A stretch of 64,000 nucleotides of DNA from Octopus sinensis (taxonomy: Eukaryota). The notes under the pieces are model-generated. The model did not search any database and was not told the DNA's origin. It saw nothing but the letters and a program-made list of their open reading frames with translations. The translations under genes were made by a program, and so were the position numbers. Shown one piece after another: positions 41,038 through 54,349 of this stretch. The stretch's first letter is position 1. Every line of letters begins with the position of its first letter. The DNA is taken from the NCBI RefSeq assembly GCF_006345805.1, contig NC_043002.1:31124001-31188000 (forward strand), read 5' to 3'.

Positions 41038-41572
41038 TTCTCTTTTGCTTTCAATCATTTCAAATCTTCCTTCGGAGAAGGAACTGGCTCGAACAAAGAT
41101 ACAAAGCTACATTTTTAATTTTGCTGCTGTTGTTTAGCAGGTGCTGCCTGAGACATACCATATTGTGTTTGAAGGCCGTCTGCACTGATCTCAGTCCCCT
41201 ATCACCTTCATTTCTTCTTACGTAGAGCCTGTCAACATCACTATTTCTGTGGAAGTTCCCTGTTGTTGTCAGGATTTTGCGGGTTTTGGTAGCTATGATG
41301 TGGATTTCCTCTACAGATCAATCAAGTATCCCAAATGTTGGGGTCAGCTCTGGTACTGAAAATGTATTGAGGGATATTGTTTTCTTGTAAAAGGAGAGTT
41401 CCGACCGCCATATTTTCCTAAGTCTGGTGTAATATTCTCGGGTCACACTATCTTTATTCACAATCCCTTCATATGATACATTTTCAACTATGCCTAGGTA
41501 CTTGTAACATTCTTTTTGCGGAATGGGGGTGCTGGAAAGACCATTGATGCACAAATTTTGGGTTTGGGGGAC
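41038..41572 (-). pseudogene. R4-like RLE retrotransposon fragment (post-RT region), (CATA)n-flanked
   Basis: ECYKYLGIVEN...REYYTRLRKIWRSELS...LTPTFGILD*SVEEI...TKTRKILTTTGNFHRNSDVDRLYVRRNEGDRGLRSV, homologous to the YKYLG...RLYLPRKEGGRG region of the 54-57 kb element. Confidence 0.8.
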
Positions 41573-41607
41573 TGTATGTATGTTTTTATGCATCCATGTA
41601 TGCATGC

Positions 41608-42047
41608 CATTGATCAGTTTTATCTTGAGATTTCTTGTCAATAAAGGAAGGGCCGGATCCAAAGCTCCTTCTATAAGGTTTAAACATGAAGAGGGGTATA
41701 TTTTTTCTATGTGTGTAGATTTGCGTACTTTGTTTTATGTAGGCCTTCTCATGCATATACTTCCATATCTAGACATGCTCATATACATATAAATGATAAC
41801 CCTCTGAAAAGTTTTACAGAATTTTCAGTTCCTGTGAGGGATCGGCTCTGTAGTCTTCGAAGCAGCTTTCGCTTTTCTGGTTTTGAGAAGCCTAATTTCT
41901 CAAGAAGACTATTTAGGTAATATGTTACATATCCCAGGGCCCCAATATTTACAATTATAAAGCTGAACCTGTAATCTAGATAGCGTAACTGCAGATTTCT
42001 CAATAGTTCAGAGTAGGTATTCTCTTCTTCACTGATCTTCATCTCTG
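41608..42047 (-). pseudogene. R4-like RLE retrotransposon 3' end (C-terminus plus 3' UTR), (CATA)n-flanked
   Basis: MKISEEENTYSELLRNLQLRYLDYRFSFIIVNIGALGYV...LQSRSLTGTENSVKLF corresponds to the K..KY.DL...IP.V.GALG...GT ending of RLE elements. A short UTR follows and runs into CATG/CATA repeats. Confidence 0.7.
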
Positions 42048-42555
42048 TGTATGTATGTATGTATGTATGTATGTATGACTGAATGAATGTATGTATGTAT
42101 ATATATATATATATATAATATATATATATATTATATATATTTATACATATATATGTATATATATGAATGTATATATATATATACATACATATAAATATAT
42201 ATATATACATACATACATTCATATATATATACGTATGCTTACTTTGATATGTATATATGAATATAAACACACAATGAATATACATGTAATAATATCTCTG
42301 TGATTCAATCTATGTGTAAGTCTGTATGTGGGTGAGTGTGTGCAGGCGTTTGTGTGTGTGTGTGCGTTTGCTCGAACCCACGCATAAACATGTAGACATA
42401 CATAAATATCAACATGTAGACATATGAGATATGAATACATGCAGTAATTCTACAAAGCTTATTTAGACAAATTATATGTAGAAGCTAAATCATTTGAAGA
42501 AATGTATTTATATGTGTATACCCATATAAATGCATGCATACATATATACATACAT

Positions 42556-42594
<39 letters not shown>

Positions 42595-42705
42595 ATCCTT
42601 CATATAATAGAAAGAGAAACGTCAAATTTGTCTATGTATGTACGTTTATACGCTTACATACAAATATGTACACATATATATATACATATACATATATGAG
42701 TTTAT

Positions 42706-42779
<74 letters not shown>

Positions 42780-43398
42780 CATACATACATACATGCATAC
42801 ATGCATACATACATACATACATACATACATACATACATACATACATACATACATACATACATACATACATACATACTTTTATTTAATTTTATTTCTTGCC
42901 TCATTTTATTTCCTTTATAACGTATTTGCTGAGACGAAAATAATTTTCTGGTTTTCTTTTTAGTACAACCATCGGTTCGTAATTAAAATTCAAACTGACA
43001 TTTATTGTGGAAATACCAACTTTTCAAAATCGATCAATGTTGACAGATGCTCAGGGCAGCTGATCAGCTCTGTGACTAAACAGTAAGCAGGAGCAGAGAG
43101 CCGGAGAGCACTAGAGAGTGAGAGAGGGAGAGACGGGAGATGGGGTAAAGGAGAGAAAGAGCATAGAAAGTGTGTATCAGCATATGAATGCATACAAATT
43201 TAATTCATGTTTATATATTTCTTCTCTCTAAAACATCCTCTTTCCTTCCATATATACATATATGTTTATATGCATATGTGTGTGTATGTAATATATATAT
43301 GTATGTACAAACACACACAAACGCATATATATAATATATATTTCTTTTGTTTGTTATATTCTGCTTGTTTCAGTCATATACATATAATAATAGAAATA

Positions 43399-43439
<41 letters not shown>

Positions 43440-43440
<1 letters not shown>

Positions 43441-44330
43441 GCACAGGACGTCACCAACTTTGAAAACAACACGAAATACGAGTAAACAAACGAGTTAAAT
43501 ACGTAAACGAGAGGAAAGAATGAAAAACAGGACAAGTAAACACAGAGAAAGGACCCTTCATCAGTTATCGGTTGTCTATCTACTCCTCATTTGAAGCATT
43601 CAACGACAATATGAGTCATCAAAGACAGTTGCTCCCGTAAATTCTAAAACAAAATTTAGGATTTATGGAGGATCGAAGCTGGGAACAAAAATAAGACAAG
43701 GAGAATAGAACGAAGAAGAAAAGACGGGAGTGGTATGACAGTAGTACACATTTGGTAGAATCTTCCTTAATGGTTAAGTGACCTAAAAGTGAGCTACTGT
43801 GGTATAGCAGTAGTCATTGGAATTGTTTTGAATAAATTCATGGTTAGAGACTCTTTGAATATATCGTTTTTAATATTTACGTGGGTATTATTCTAAGCAC
43901 CTTGTGGTAGGCTCATTTGTGGTGGAAGCATTCAAAAAGGGATTATATTTTGGGATAAAATATGACTCTTCACTAATTCGTTGGTTATAGTTTTCATCGT
44001 ACCTGAATTTATTGATGGAGACAATATTCTGAATTTGGGTTGTTCGTTTGTGGCGCAAATGTCGATGTAATTGCTGAATGCTATTTTAAGGAAAGAGTCA
44101 TATTTTATCGCAAAATATAAACACATTTGGAATGCCTCCACCCCAAATGGCACTACTTCAAGGGCCTTTGAATAATGCCAACGCAAATATTAAAAACGAT
44201 ATATTCAGAACAAAATAATTCCACTCACTGCTACTATAACCACAACAGGTGACTTTTAGGTCACTTGACTAGTTAAAGAGACTCCACTAACAGCCTATTA
44301 CTGTCACTCCACACGCATCTTCTTCTTCAT
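43440..44330 (-). mobile_element. Penelope-like element 3' end (GIY-YIG C-terminus plus 3' terminal region) with an inverted 5' duplication
   Basis: Minus 44090-43926 reads NYIDICATNEQPKFRI / INKFRYDENYNQRISEESYFIPKYNPFLN (R...E..FI.KY.P.LN motif). 43712-43971 and 44091-44330 are diverged inverted repeats. The end at 43440 abuts (TA)n. Confidence 0.75.
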
Positions 44331-44453
44331 CTTCACCGTCTCCTTCCTCGGCTACTGCTGCTTAAACAATCAGAACCAAGAACCCACATACCGCATGTTA
44401 AATATTTCATCAGACCTTCTACTACCTACCTTCACAAAAGAACAAGTGAGAGA

Positions 44454-44503
<50 letters not shown>

Positions 44504-44712
44504 GAGAGAAAAGGAAAATATCCTAAGTATTTGAAAATTACGGAAATATTTTAACGAAACATTTAATATAAATTTCCCACAATGTAATTGTTTTTCATCC
44601 TTTACTCTAAGTTGAAAATCTCGCAAAGTTTGAAACCGGTACTAAAATGTTCTTCATGTTTAAAATTATTATAGCATTTTCTACCATATCTATTTTCCTG
44701 ATATATATTATG

Positions 44713-44762
<50 letters not shown>

Positions 44763-44800
44763 TATATATATATATATATCTATATATATATAATACTATA

Positions 44801-44837
<37 letters not shown>

Positions 44838-44873
44838 TGTATCTTATATATAATATATATATTATATATATGT

Positions 44874-45060
44874 ATATCAAATAAAATCAAAAACAGAGCA
44901 CAAAGGATATCGCGGTACACGTGTTTCAATGTATGCGGCTGGAGAGGAGCGAGAGAGCTTTAACCCATTTTATATCTATATAATGAACAGGTCGTTTATA
45001 AAGCTTGAAACACGTGTACCGCGATATCCTTTGTGTTCTGTCTTTTATTTTATTTGATAT
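44874..45060. mobile_element. Fold-back element with 56-bp arms (44874-44929 / 45005-45060, 3 mismatches) enclosing a disrupted hammerhead
   Basis: TGCGG-CTGGAGA-[9-nt insertion]-GAGCTTTA...TAAAGCTT-GAAA-CACGTG-TA-CCGCG on the + strand. Confidence 0.75.
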
Positions 45061-45572
45061 ATTCTCTCTCACCTCTGTCACTATCTGGCGTATACAGGTG
45101 CTTACACTTATCAAGTATTCACCCTAAATTTGCAGTATATATATATATATATATCGGTGTGTGTGTATACAAAGAGAAAGAGAGAGGGGGGGAGAGAGAT
45201 TGTGAGAGTTGAAATCCTGTAGATCTAAGGTTATAACAAATCTATAACAATCAAATGATTCTTGACTGCTGCTTTATGGATCTCTTTCGAAATGTACGTG
45301 GAATAGCTGTGAAGTAAGAGTGATTTGAAAAACTTTTGGTAGCGATTTCTGCTCAAGACTCCGCTGACATTTGCAATTCTGTGTTTCCTTGCGAGATTTT
45401 GATGAACAAATCAACAAAAATACATAATTTAAACAATTTTATTTATTTTATCCTTATCTTTTACCGAACCGCTTTCTAACAAGAAACTAAATAAACCAAC
45501 CCCATTGTCTCAGGATGATTGGGAACAAACGCAAACACAAAGATACATAAAATGATATATACATATATATAT

Positions 45573-46110
45573 AGGCATAGGAGTGGCTGTGTGGTAAGTA
45601 GCTTGCTTACGAACCGCATTGTTCCGGTTCAGTCCCACTGCGTGGTACCTTGGGCAAGTGTCTTCTACTATAGCCTCGGGCCGACCAAAACCTTGTGAGT
45701 GGGTTTGTTAGACGGACTCTGAAAGAAGGCCGTCGTATATATATTAGAAGAAATGAGGTAATCAGAAGATCGGATGGTTCATATTTATAGATATTTATTT
45801 ATATATTACATTTTTTACATATATATATATATCATATCATTCAGATTATTAGCGCTTTCTCCCATTCTATATATATGTATTTATGTATGTGTGTATATGT
45901 TTGTGGGTCTGTGGTTGTCCCCCCAATATCGCTTGACACACCGATGCTGGTGTGTTTACGTCCCCGTAACTTAGCGGTTCGGCAAAAGAGACCGATAGAA
46001 AAACTACTAGGCTTACAAAGATTAAGTCCTGGGGGTGATTTGCTCGACTAACAGGCGGTGCTTCAGCATGGCCGCAGTGAAATGACTGAAACAACTAAAA
46101 AAGTAGAGAG
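45573..46110 (+). mobile_element. SINE family 1, full length, with ~140-bp insertion in its internal TA microsatellite
   Basis: Head AGGCATAGGAGTGGCTGTGTGG...GGTTCAGTCCC and complete tail. Extra sequence at ~45735-45875. Confidence 0.88.
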
Positions 46111-46569
46111 TGCACATCAAATTCAGTAAATAATTTTGTCGACACTTTCCCAAGATTTCACACACTGGAACGAAACCCTAAAGCCATGTTGTTGGGAAGC
46201 GAACTACTTTCCACAGAGTCACATCTACCGATAAACTATGAATATATTATACATGATATCATTTAATCAAACCTATTATATGAAATGATATCGATATTCC
46301 AGTAATACGAAATGCATTAAAAGAAATTTCATGGTCGGACGGATAGCTGGTGACATAAAGTTGTTTGTATGTCTGTATGTGCGTGTGTGTGTGTGCGTAT
46401 AGACTACAGCTTTCGAGAGGCAATATCTTCCTTGAGGGTTTCAGAAATTACAGGCAGGAGTTGTGCGGATACATATTTGCGTGTGTTTTAGCGTGCAATG
46501 TTAGAAGCGATGTTGTCTTAGCAGTATTAGCTTACCTATAGGTTATGTGTTTTGAAATCTCTTACATTA

Positions 46570-47250
46570 TTTATGGTTCTTGAGGAAATTCTTCTTAATA
46601 AACGATAAGAAACTCCTAGCTACGTTGGTGGAAGATTCTAGGTTAAATGGAGGGGTTTAATCAGAAATGGAGGGGTTTAATCTTTGTGGCACTCTTCGAG
46701 TGCGGGTAATGAGGTTGGGGTCCTTCTACATATGCTGACTACTCGAAAGGTCAATTCGAAGCCAATTTCTCAAAGTTGCAGTAGGATGTCCTCTGGAAAG
46801 TTTGCGTATTGATGGAAAGCATAGGTATTTTTCTACTAACACCTGAAAGTAAGTTTCTAATTACATCGGTTAGAATAAGGGTAATTAGATCTTCTACACT
46901 TACAAGAAGACCAACCCAAATTCAGGTCCACCGTGAGGTCTAGGAAGAGAATAAGGGTCAACATGGTGGTAACTGTAATGGACAGGGTCAATTCTTTGAA
47001 TTATTTCTATCAGGACATTCCTAAAAATAGTCCTTGTCATTGCAGGTCATATAGCTTGAGAATGCCATGTCTCGTCCATGTAAAAGACTCAACCTGAGTG
47101 AACGTGTGCGCGTCTTGAGGGCATCCAAGACAAATAACCCCACGAGATCATTAGTCCCAGCCCAGGCATTGGTCTCCAAGGAAATGTCAAAAAGTTCATA
47201 GCCTTCTTTGTTCACCCGTAAAGAATCATCGAAAACCAGCATTGTCTTTC
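46570..47250 (-). pseudogene. Penelope-like reverse transcriptase/linker remnant
   Basis: FDISLETNAWAGTNDLVGLFVLDAL (cf. FDxxMGxxDGAExxDLVGL), FKELTLSITVTTMLTLILFLDLTVDLNLG, and PPFNLESSTNVARSFLSFIKKNFLKNH (cf. WFNPPF...TNVxxxFL linker). Heavily frameshifted. Confidence 0.75.
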
Positions 47251-47464
47251 AGGCATTCATGATGTATGTATATAAATATGTATGTATGTATGTATAAATA
47301 AAATATATATGTAATATAAATATATATACATATATAAGAATATATATACATATGTATATTTAGATATATAAGTATGTATATAAATATTCATATATTATAC
47401 ATATATGTGTGCGTAGGCATATATATGTGTGTGTGTATCATACACACATGCCTACATATATATA

Positions 47465-47553
<89 letters not shown>

Positions 47554-48096
47554 TATATATATATATATGCATAATGATAGAAGATGCGATTCAAATAGAA
47601 CAAATTACATTGCAGAAACGAAAGAAAGATGTTCAAATATAACAAAAATATATAATAAAAAGAAAATGAATATAGGAAATGGAAAGACACATACAAAAAA
47701 AAAAAAAAAAAAAAAAACAACAAAAAACAGAAAAAGAAAAAAATAAAGGAATATAAAAAGAAAAACATGTAGAAAGAAAAAGCAACTTCCGATAACATGA
47801 TTTTAGAAAAATGGGGAATATATTTAGTATTGTGAAATATAATAAAAATCGATGCCATTCCGGAAACTATAATAGGTGTCTTCAGTTAGTAAGTAGCTCA
47901 CGCAATATGGCTTTATGAATAGAGATATGTGTATATAATAACACAGAGACACATACGCTGATACGCTATCACATATTCACATGCATATATATATAAACGC
48001 ATTTATACATGCTTATACATATATGTGTATTTGTATATGTATGCATGCATATATATATATGTATGCGTGTGTATATGTATATATATATATAAATAT

Positions 48097-48144
<48 letters not shown>

Positions 48145-48176
48145 TCTGATACACACACAAGCATATATGTATGTCT

Positions 48177-48225
<49 letters not shown>

Positions 48226-48358
48226 AATATATATATTATATATATACGTACATATATAAATATACTAAATCATATTTAGAGTGAAGGGGAGAACAAGAGG
48301 GCAATTGATCGCTTTTATATGCGCGCCTGTTAAACTCGCGTACATGAACAAAAAGAAG

Positions 48359-48396
<38 letters not shown>

Positions 48397-48619
48397 TGCA
48401 TCAAGCACAAATACACATAATCATACATGATACAATCCGCATAATCACACGTGGACACTTATGTGTTTACGTATGATCAAATTTTATATTTTATTCATTG
48501 CAAATGACAAGCGCATACATGGACGCATACATACACGTATGACAACAGACACAATATATCTCAGTCTGCCACTGCTAATCACTCTCTCGCTCTTTCTTTC
48601 TGTCTGTAGCTATATATAA

Positions 48620-48681
<62 letters not shown>

Positions 48682-48974
48682 TACATGCAAATATACCTAT
48701 ATACACAGATACGTTATGTACATGCACACGCATTTATATATATATATTCATTTATTTCTTAAATAATATTGCTGGCTTTTTGACACAATACAAAATATTT
48801 TTGAAAAATGACTCTGAAAATTGTTTTATTCCTTTCTTCATCATTTCCGTCTTGTTGCTCTCAATACATTAACAATACAATACATCTGTATACACATTCA
48901 CAATAACTCTGTGTCTATCTTCATAAAAAAAACAGAACACAGAAATCTATAATAACTGCAGACATATGCACACA

Positions 48975-49058
48975 AAATGATAACATGTGAAAATGATGAT
49001 AATAATAATAATAACAACAACAACAACAACAACTACAACAACAACAACAACAATAATG

Positions 49059-49097
<39 letters not shown>

Positions 49098-49140
49098 TAA
49101 TAATAATAATAATAATAATAATAGAAGCAATAACAATAAT
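48975..49140. repeat. (AAT)n/(AAC)n microsatellite
   Basis: Direct sequence. Confidence 0.95.
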
Positions 49141-49969
49141 AATTTACTCTCTCACAAATCAATAGATTACTATAAAGTTCTTTTGGCTCTAAATATGTAA
49201 TATATTTATTAACACATCTTTATCGTTTAATAAATACTGAATTTGGATTTGACAAAAGAGGGATACAAGAAGTGATTTAGTCAGGGAAAGGGAGACTGAG
49301 AAAGTGATGTTGAAATAGAAGGAGAGAGAAAGGAAAAAAAAAAAAAGATGGAGTGCAGAGCGCTAATATGAAAAACGGTATTTTAAAAGCGTACTTGAAA
49401 TGATAAAATATATCGTGCTGAAGTCACGAAGACGTAGCGTTGCGTGTCATCTCTGATTTGACATTCATAATGACAGAGATAAGTTTGAATTTGAAGCTAT
49501 ATAAATAAATCGACTAAAGTGTTAATATTCATGGCATTTAAAACATTTTTTTTTGTTGGATTTTATTTTTGTTCTTGTTGTTGTTGTTGTTGTTTTTGTC
49601 GTGTTTTCTTTTGCTTTCGTTCTACTGCAACTGTTTGCTCTGAGAGTTTGATCGCCTCTTTGCAATTCGTACATTCATTTCTCTGCAAGAACAAGAATAT
49701 GATCACGCACATATACATATGCTGATGTATAAATACATACTGACACACACAGAGGCACACTCACTGCGAGTTGCATACACATACACATACACATACACGG
49801 TTATATACTACACCACATATGTACATATGTATATTATCCATACACAAACATGCACACACATATATATATATATATATATACATGTGCGTACATAAGTATA
49901 CATAAGCATACATATATGTGTATATGTGCATATATATATATATATATATATTGAATATTATATATATAT

Positions 49970-50015
<46 letters not shown>

Positions 50016-50089
50016 GTATACATAGGTATACATATATGTGTATATGTGTGTGTATATATATATATATATATTTATGTCTATATATATTG

Positions 50090-50142
<53 letters not shown>

Positions 50143-50572
50143 TAGATAGATAGATAGATATTTATATGTATGTATGTATATAGAAACACACACGTACACA
50201 GAGATATGTGATAAAATGTATATTATGTATGTGTTCATATGTGTAGGTGCATTGTGTATTTGCAACCTATGGCGTTTTCGAAGTCTCTCCCCTTTTCTTG
50301 AAATCGCCTTGTCTCTATATTTGTATGTATTTGCCTTCCTTTTATTCTTCCTATTTATATATCACTTACGCACAGTTACACGCCATTATATATGTTTAAC
50401 ATTATATCATATTTCCTTCTCCTCATACTGTTTTTTTTACCTTCTAAATATATTTAACAATTTATCGTTCTCCTTTTCTTTTCATCTGTCAATGTTTGTC
50501 TCTCCATGTAGAGATATCTATAAATCTTTGTATTTCCCATTATCTTTCCCTACAGCTCCTTTCAACATTATG

Positions 50573-50603
<31 letters not shown>

Positions 50604-51444
50604 GTATAAATATATATATGAACACATGCTCACGCACGCACTCATTCACACACACACACACAAACACGCACACATATGTATAGGCATATAATATATTGCC
50701 TGACAGTGCGTGCTTTTCATCTTTCTGCCAATATTTCACACGGCATAAATCAATATTTTGCTTAAGCATATTCGTATTCAATTCTCATAGGGAAGCACTG
50801 ATACGACATATATCTATGCTTTTATAGATTATTTATACTTTTTTATAAATCTATGTATATGTATTTTGAGAGAGAGGGAGTGGCGGGGGTGACTGAGAGA
50901 AAGAGAGACATTAATAAATATATAACTAGAATATAAAAAAAAAATGGCTGAAATACACTATCTCTATATTCTGCCTATTTCTCTGTATTAATGTCAGATC
51001 ATTTCTTATATATGTGAGTGTCTGCCTTTCAACAATTCTCTCTCTCTCTCTCACTTTGTTTCTCACTCTCTCTATCTCATTCATTCTTTCTGTCTTTCTG
51101 TCTCTGTCTCTCCCTACACACACACACACACAAATATATATATACATACATATGTGTGTAATCATCTCTCTCTCTCTCGTTATATATATATGAATGTATG
51201 CACTTTCACAGTCACAGGTAAGTGTGCGTGTACGCATCATGTTAACCATATCTTTTGTATGAAAATTATCTATGATTCTGTCTTTGCTATATGCAGACAA
51301 CGATACATTTTTTAATATCTTTTTTCGTATCCTTCATTGGAAAATAAATTCGCTTCACGTCAAAATTTATTTCATAATATAGCAGCTATAAAGCAAATTT
51401 ATATATGTATATATGCCACATATAAATACACATATACATACATA

Positions 51445-51503
<59 letters not shown>

Positions 51504-51949
51504 CTGAAACACACACACACACACAAACGCACGCACTGAGATACACACCGGCATCGTTACTAGTGCTTTGACATCTTTGTGAAGATATCGACTCAGAAGA
51601 AATATTTTTGCTAAATTACGTATTTATATAATTGACGTGTTTCAATGCTGACACACTGAACATTTTTCATAAATGCAAACGTCTGCACGTACATATATGA
51701 CGGCCTTCAACACTATTTTCATCTACCAAATTCATTCATATACATTGTTCGTCTCGGCACTATAGGAGAAAATACTTACCTAAGGTGTCGCACAGTGAGA
51801 CTGGGCCCCAATTCACGTGGAAAGCGAGTTACCTAACCAGAAAACCTAATGTGGACCTTTACACACACACACACACAGGAATATGTATATATATATATAT
51901 ATATGTGTGCGTCTATGTGTTTGTGTTTGTATATAAAATATATTATTAA

Positions 51950-51993
<44 letters not shown>

Positions 51994-52006
51994 ATATATA
52001 CACACA

Positions 52007-52366
52007 TGAAGGTGCATGGCTCAGTGGTCACAGCATCGAGTATATGATCATAAGATTGTGAGATCGATTCTCGGACAGGGCTGTGTTTTGTGTTCTTGAG
52101 CTTTATTTCACGTTGCTCCAGTTCACTCACCTGTAGAAATGAGTTGCGACGTCACAGGTACCAAGCTCTATCGACCTAAGCCTTTCCCTTGGATAACGTC
52201 GGTGGCGTGAAGAAAGAGGCTTGTATACATGGTGCAAAATGCCTTCCATAAAAACAAACATAGGTTGTGCGTTCGCCGGTGAGGCTACATTCCACCCAGA
52301 CTTCTACACCGGAGGGGAATCTCTTAGGTGCACTCATGGCCATTCGTGACAGACGGAGTTGAATTA
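52007..52366 (+). mobile_element. SINE family 2 (CORE-like), full length
   Basis: Perfect A-box TGGCTCAGTGG at 52017-52027, B-box-like GAGATCGATTC. Homologous to 444-818. Confidence 0.8.
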
Positions 52367-52569
52367 CCATATATATACATGTATACTTACAAAGATACCG
52401 ACATATATATGTGTGTGTGTGTGTGTGTGTGTCTGTCTGTCTGTCTGTCTTTGATTTCATGATTTCTTTTAGTTGCTTTCAGTCATTAGATAGCACAAAG
52501 CTGGGTCTCAGACTTGAAGAATTTCTTCTAAAGCGAATGAATCGACTCCAGTTCTTACATACTATTTTA

Positions 52570-52680
52570 TGCCTCGTACCAATTCTATCGGCCTCTTTCA
52601 CCGATCCGCTGCCTTGCAGTGACGTAAACACATCAGCACATTTTGTCAAACGATTGTGGGGAACAAACAGAGACACAAGA
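52570..52680 (-). mobile_element. SINE family 1 tail fragment
   Basis: TTCTATCGGCCTCTTT..CCG..CCGCT...GACGTAAACACATCAGCA matches positions 1-60. Confidence 0.7.
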
Positions 52681-53657
52681 ACACACACACATCCACACAT
52701 ACATACATTCGTACATATCTGTGTGTGTGTGTTATAAATGTTCTAATATCTACACAGCCTTGGTTTTTTTATCATATTACGCAAAAACTTCTTATATACA
52801 CACGCGGACATATGACCAACTTTGAACCCCTTTTTCGCAAAATCACTGAACCTAGAACTTAGCTATGGTCTGTCTATAGCACTTATTCAGCATTATCTGA
52901 CACCTTTGGTTGGGTCTCAATGACACCATTACCTCTTACATATATATAATATATATTTATGAGTATATTAAGCATATGATTTAAGTTATAGGACAAAGTT
53001 CGACAAATTCTATCATATCTTTCTCAAATAGAGGAGGTTAGATGCTAATATGGGATAAAATACTTATTCATTTCGCTAGGCGATCGTTTCGTACTGAAAG
53101 ACACTAAGTTCATTTTAAGAATCTGAGTTGTCAAAAAGTACTCCTCAATAGCACAATAAGTAAAAATAAGAACTTAATAAAGAAAAACCTGGTATTCTGT
53201 TCTTACTAATCTTTAATTAGAAAGAACACAATACCTATGTAATTCTAAAGTCCACCTTTATATTGTCTTTCTGTGTGAAACGATCGTCTAGCGAATTGAA
53301 TAAATATTTTATCGTATATTAACATCTAATCTCCATCCATTTATGATTGAATTGGTTGAACTTCGTTCTATAGCTTAAATCACATACTTAATATACTTAC
53401 ATAACTTTTCATATCTACTCCATTTTACATCACTAAATTCTAATTAAGGAATGAAGAATCAACGTTAGAAATCTTTTGGAAACTACTCCAATTAAAGTAC
53501 GAATCCTCATTCAACACATGTTTTATAATATGCATATATGTCTACGTATATAGATCCTAAGACAATACACACATACATACATACATACATACATACATAC
53601 ATACATACATACATACATTTATGTATATACATATATGTATATATATATATATATATA

Positions 53658-53707
<50 letters not shown>

Positions 53708-53720
53708 ATATATATAATAT

Positions 53721-53789
<69 letters not shown>

Positions 53790-54039
53790 TATATATATAT
53801 ACCGTATTGATGGCCTATAACGCACCTTCCTTACCCCAAAGTGGCATTAGAAATCTCCCTGCTTCCAATGCCCTCAATGTAGGTTCAAAACTTGCTCAAG
53901 ATGGTATGTATGTTTACAAAATGTGTGCTGCCATCTATTAGTGGACAATCGCCTACAGTGTTTATATCGGATGTGGATGCTGTAAAATGACAGAAACAAG
54001 TAAAAGAGTAAAACAGAGCATAGGCACATGGCCTGAAAT

Positions 54040-54205
54040 ATGGAGTGGTTTCGAATGAGTCATTTACATCGTCCCCAGTGCTCAACAGATACTTATTTCT
54101 TCAACCCCCAAAGGTTGAAATCGAACTTTGAAATCAGAACGTAAAGATGGACGAAATGCCCCTAAGCATTTTGCCGAGCGTGAAACCGATTCTACCAAGT
54201 CAAAC
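54040..54205 (-). mobile_element. SINE family 3, degenerate partial copy
   Basis: TTACATCGTCCCCAGTG...TACTTATTT...CTTTGAAATCAGAACGTAAAG...CTAAGCATTTTGCC matches the 22.9-23.6 kb units. Confidence 0.65.
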
Positions 54206-54262
54206 CTTAATCACAACAGCAACATAAACAACATCAATAATAATGATAATAATAATAATAAC

Positions 54263-54335
<73 letters not shown>

Positions 54336-54349
54336 TATTATTATATTAT

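Noticed and set aside
43558-43564. CTGATGA in the Penelope 3' region (minus strand)
   Set aside because: No stem II-GAAA partner found downstream, so not counted as a ribozyme.
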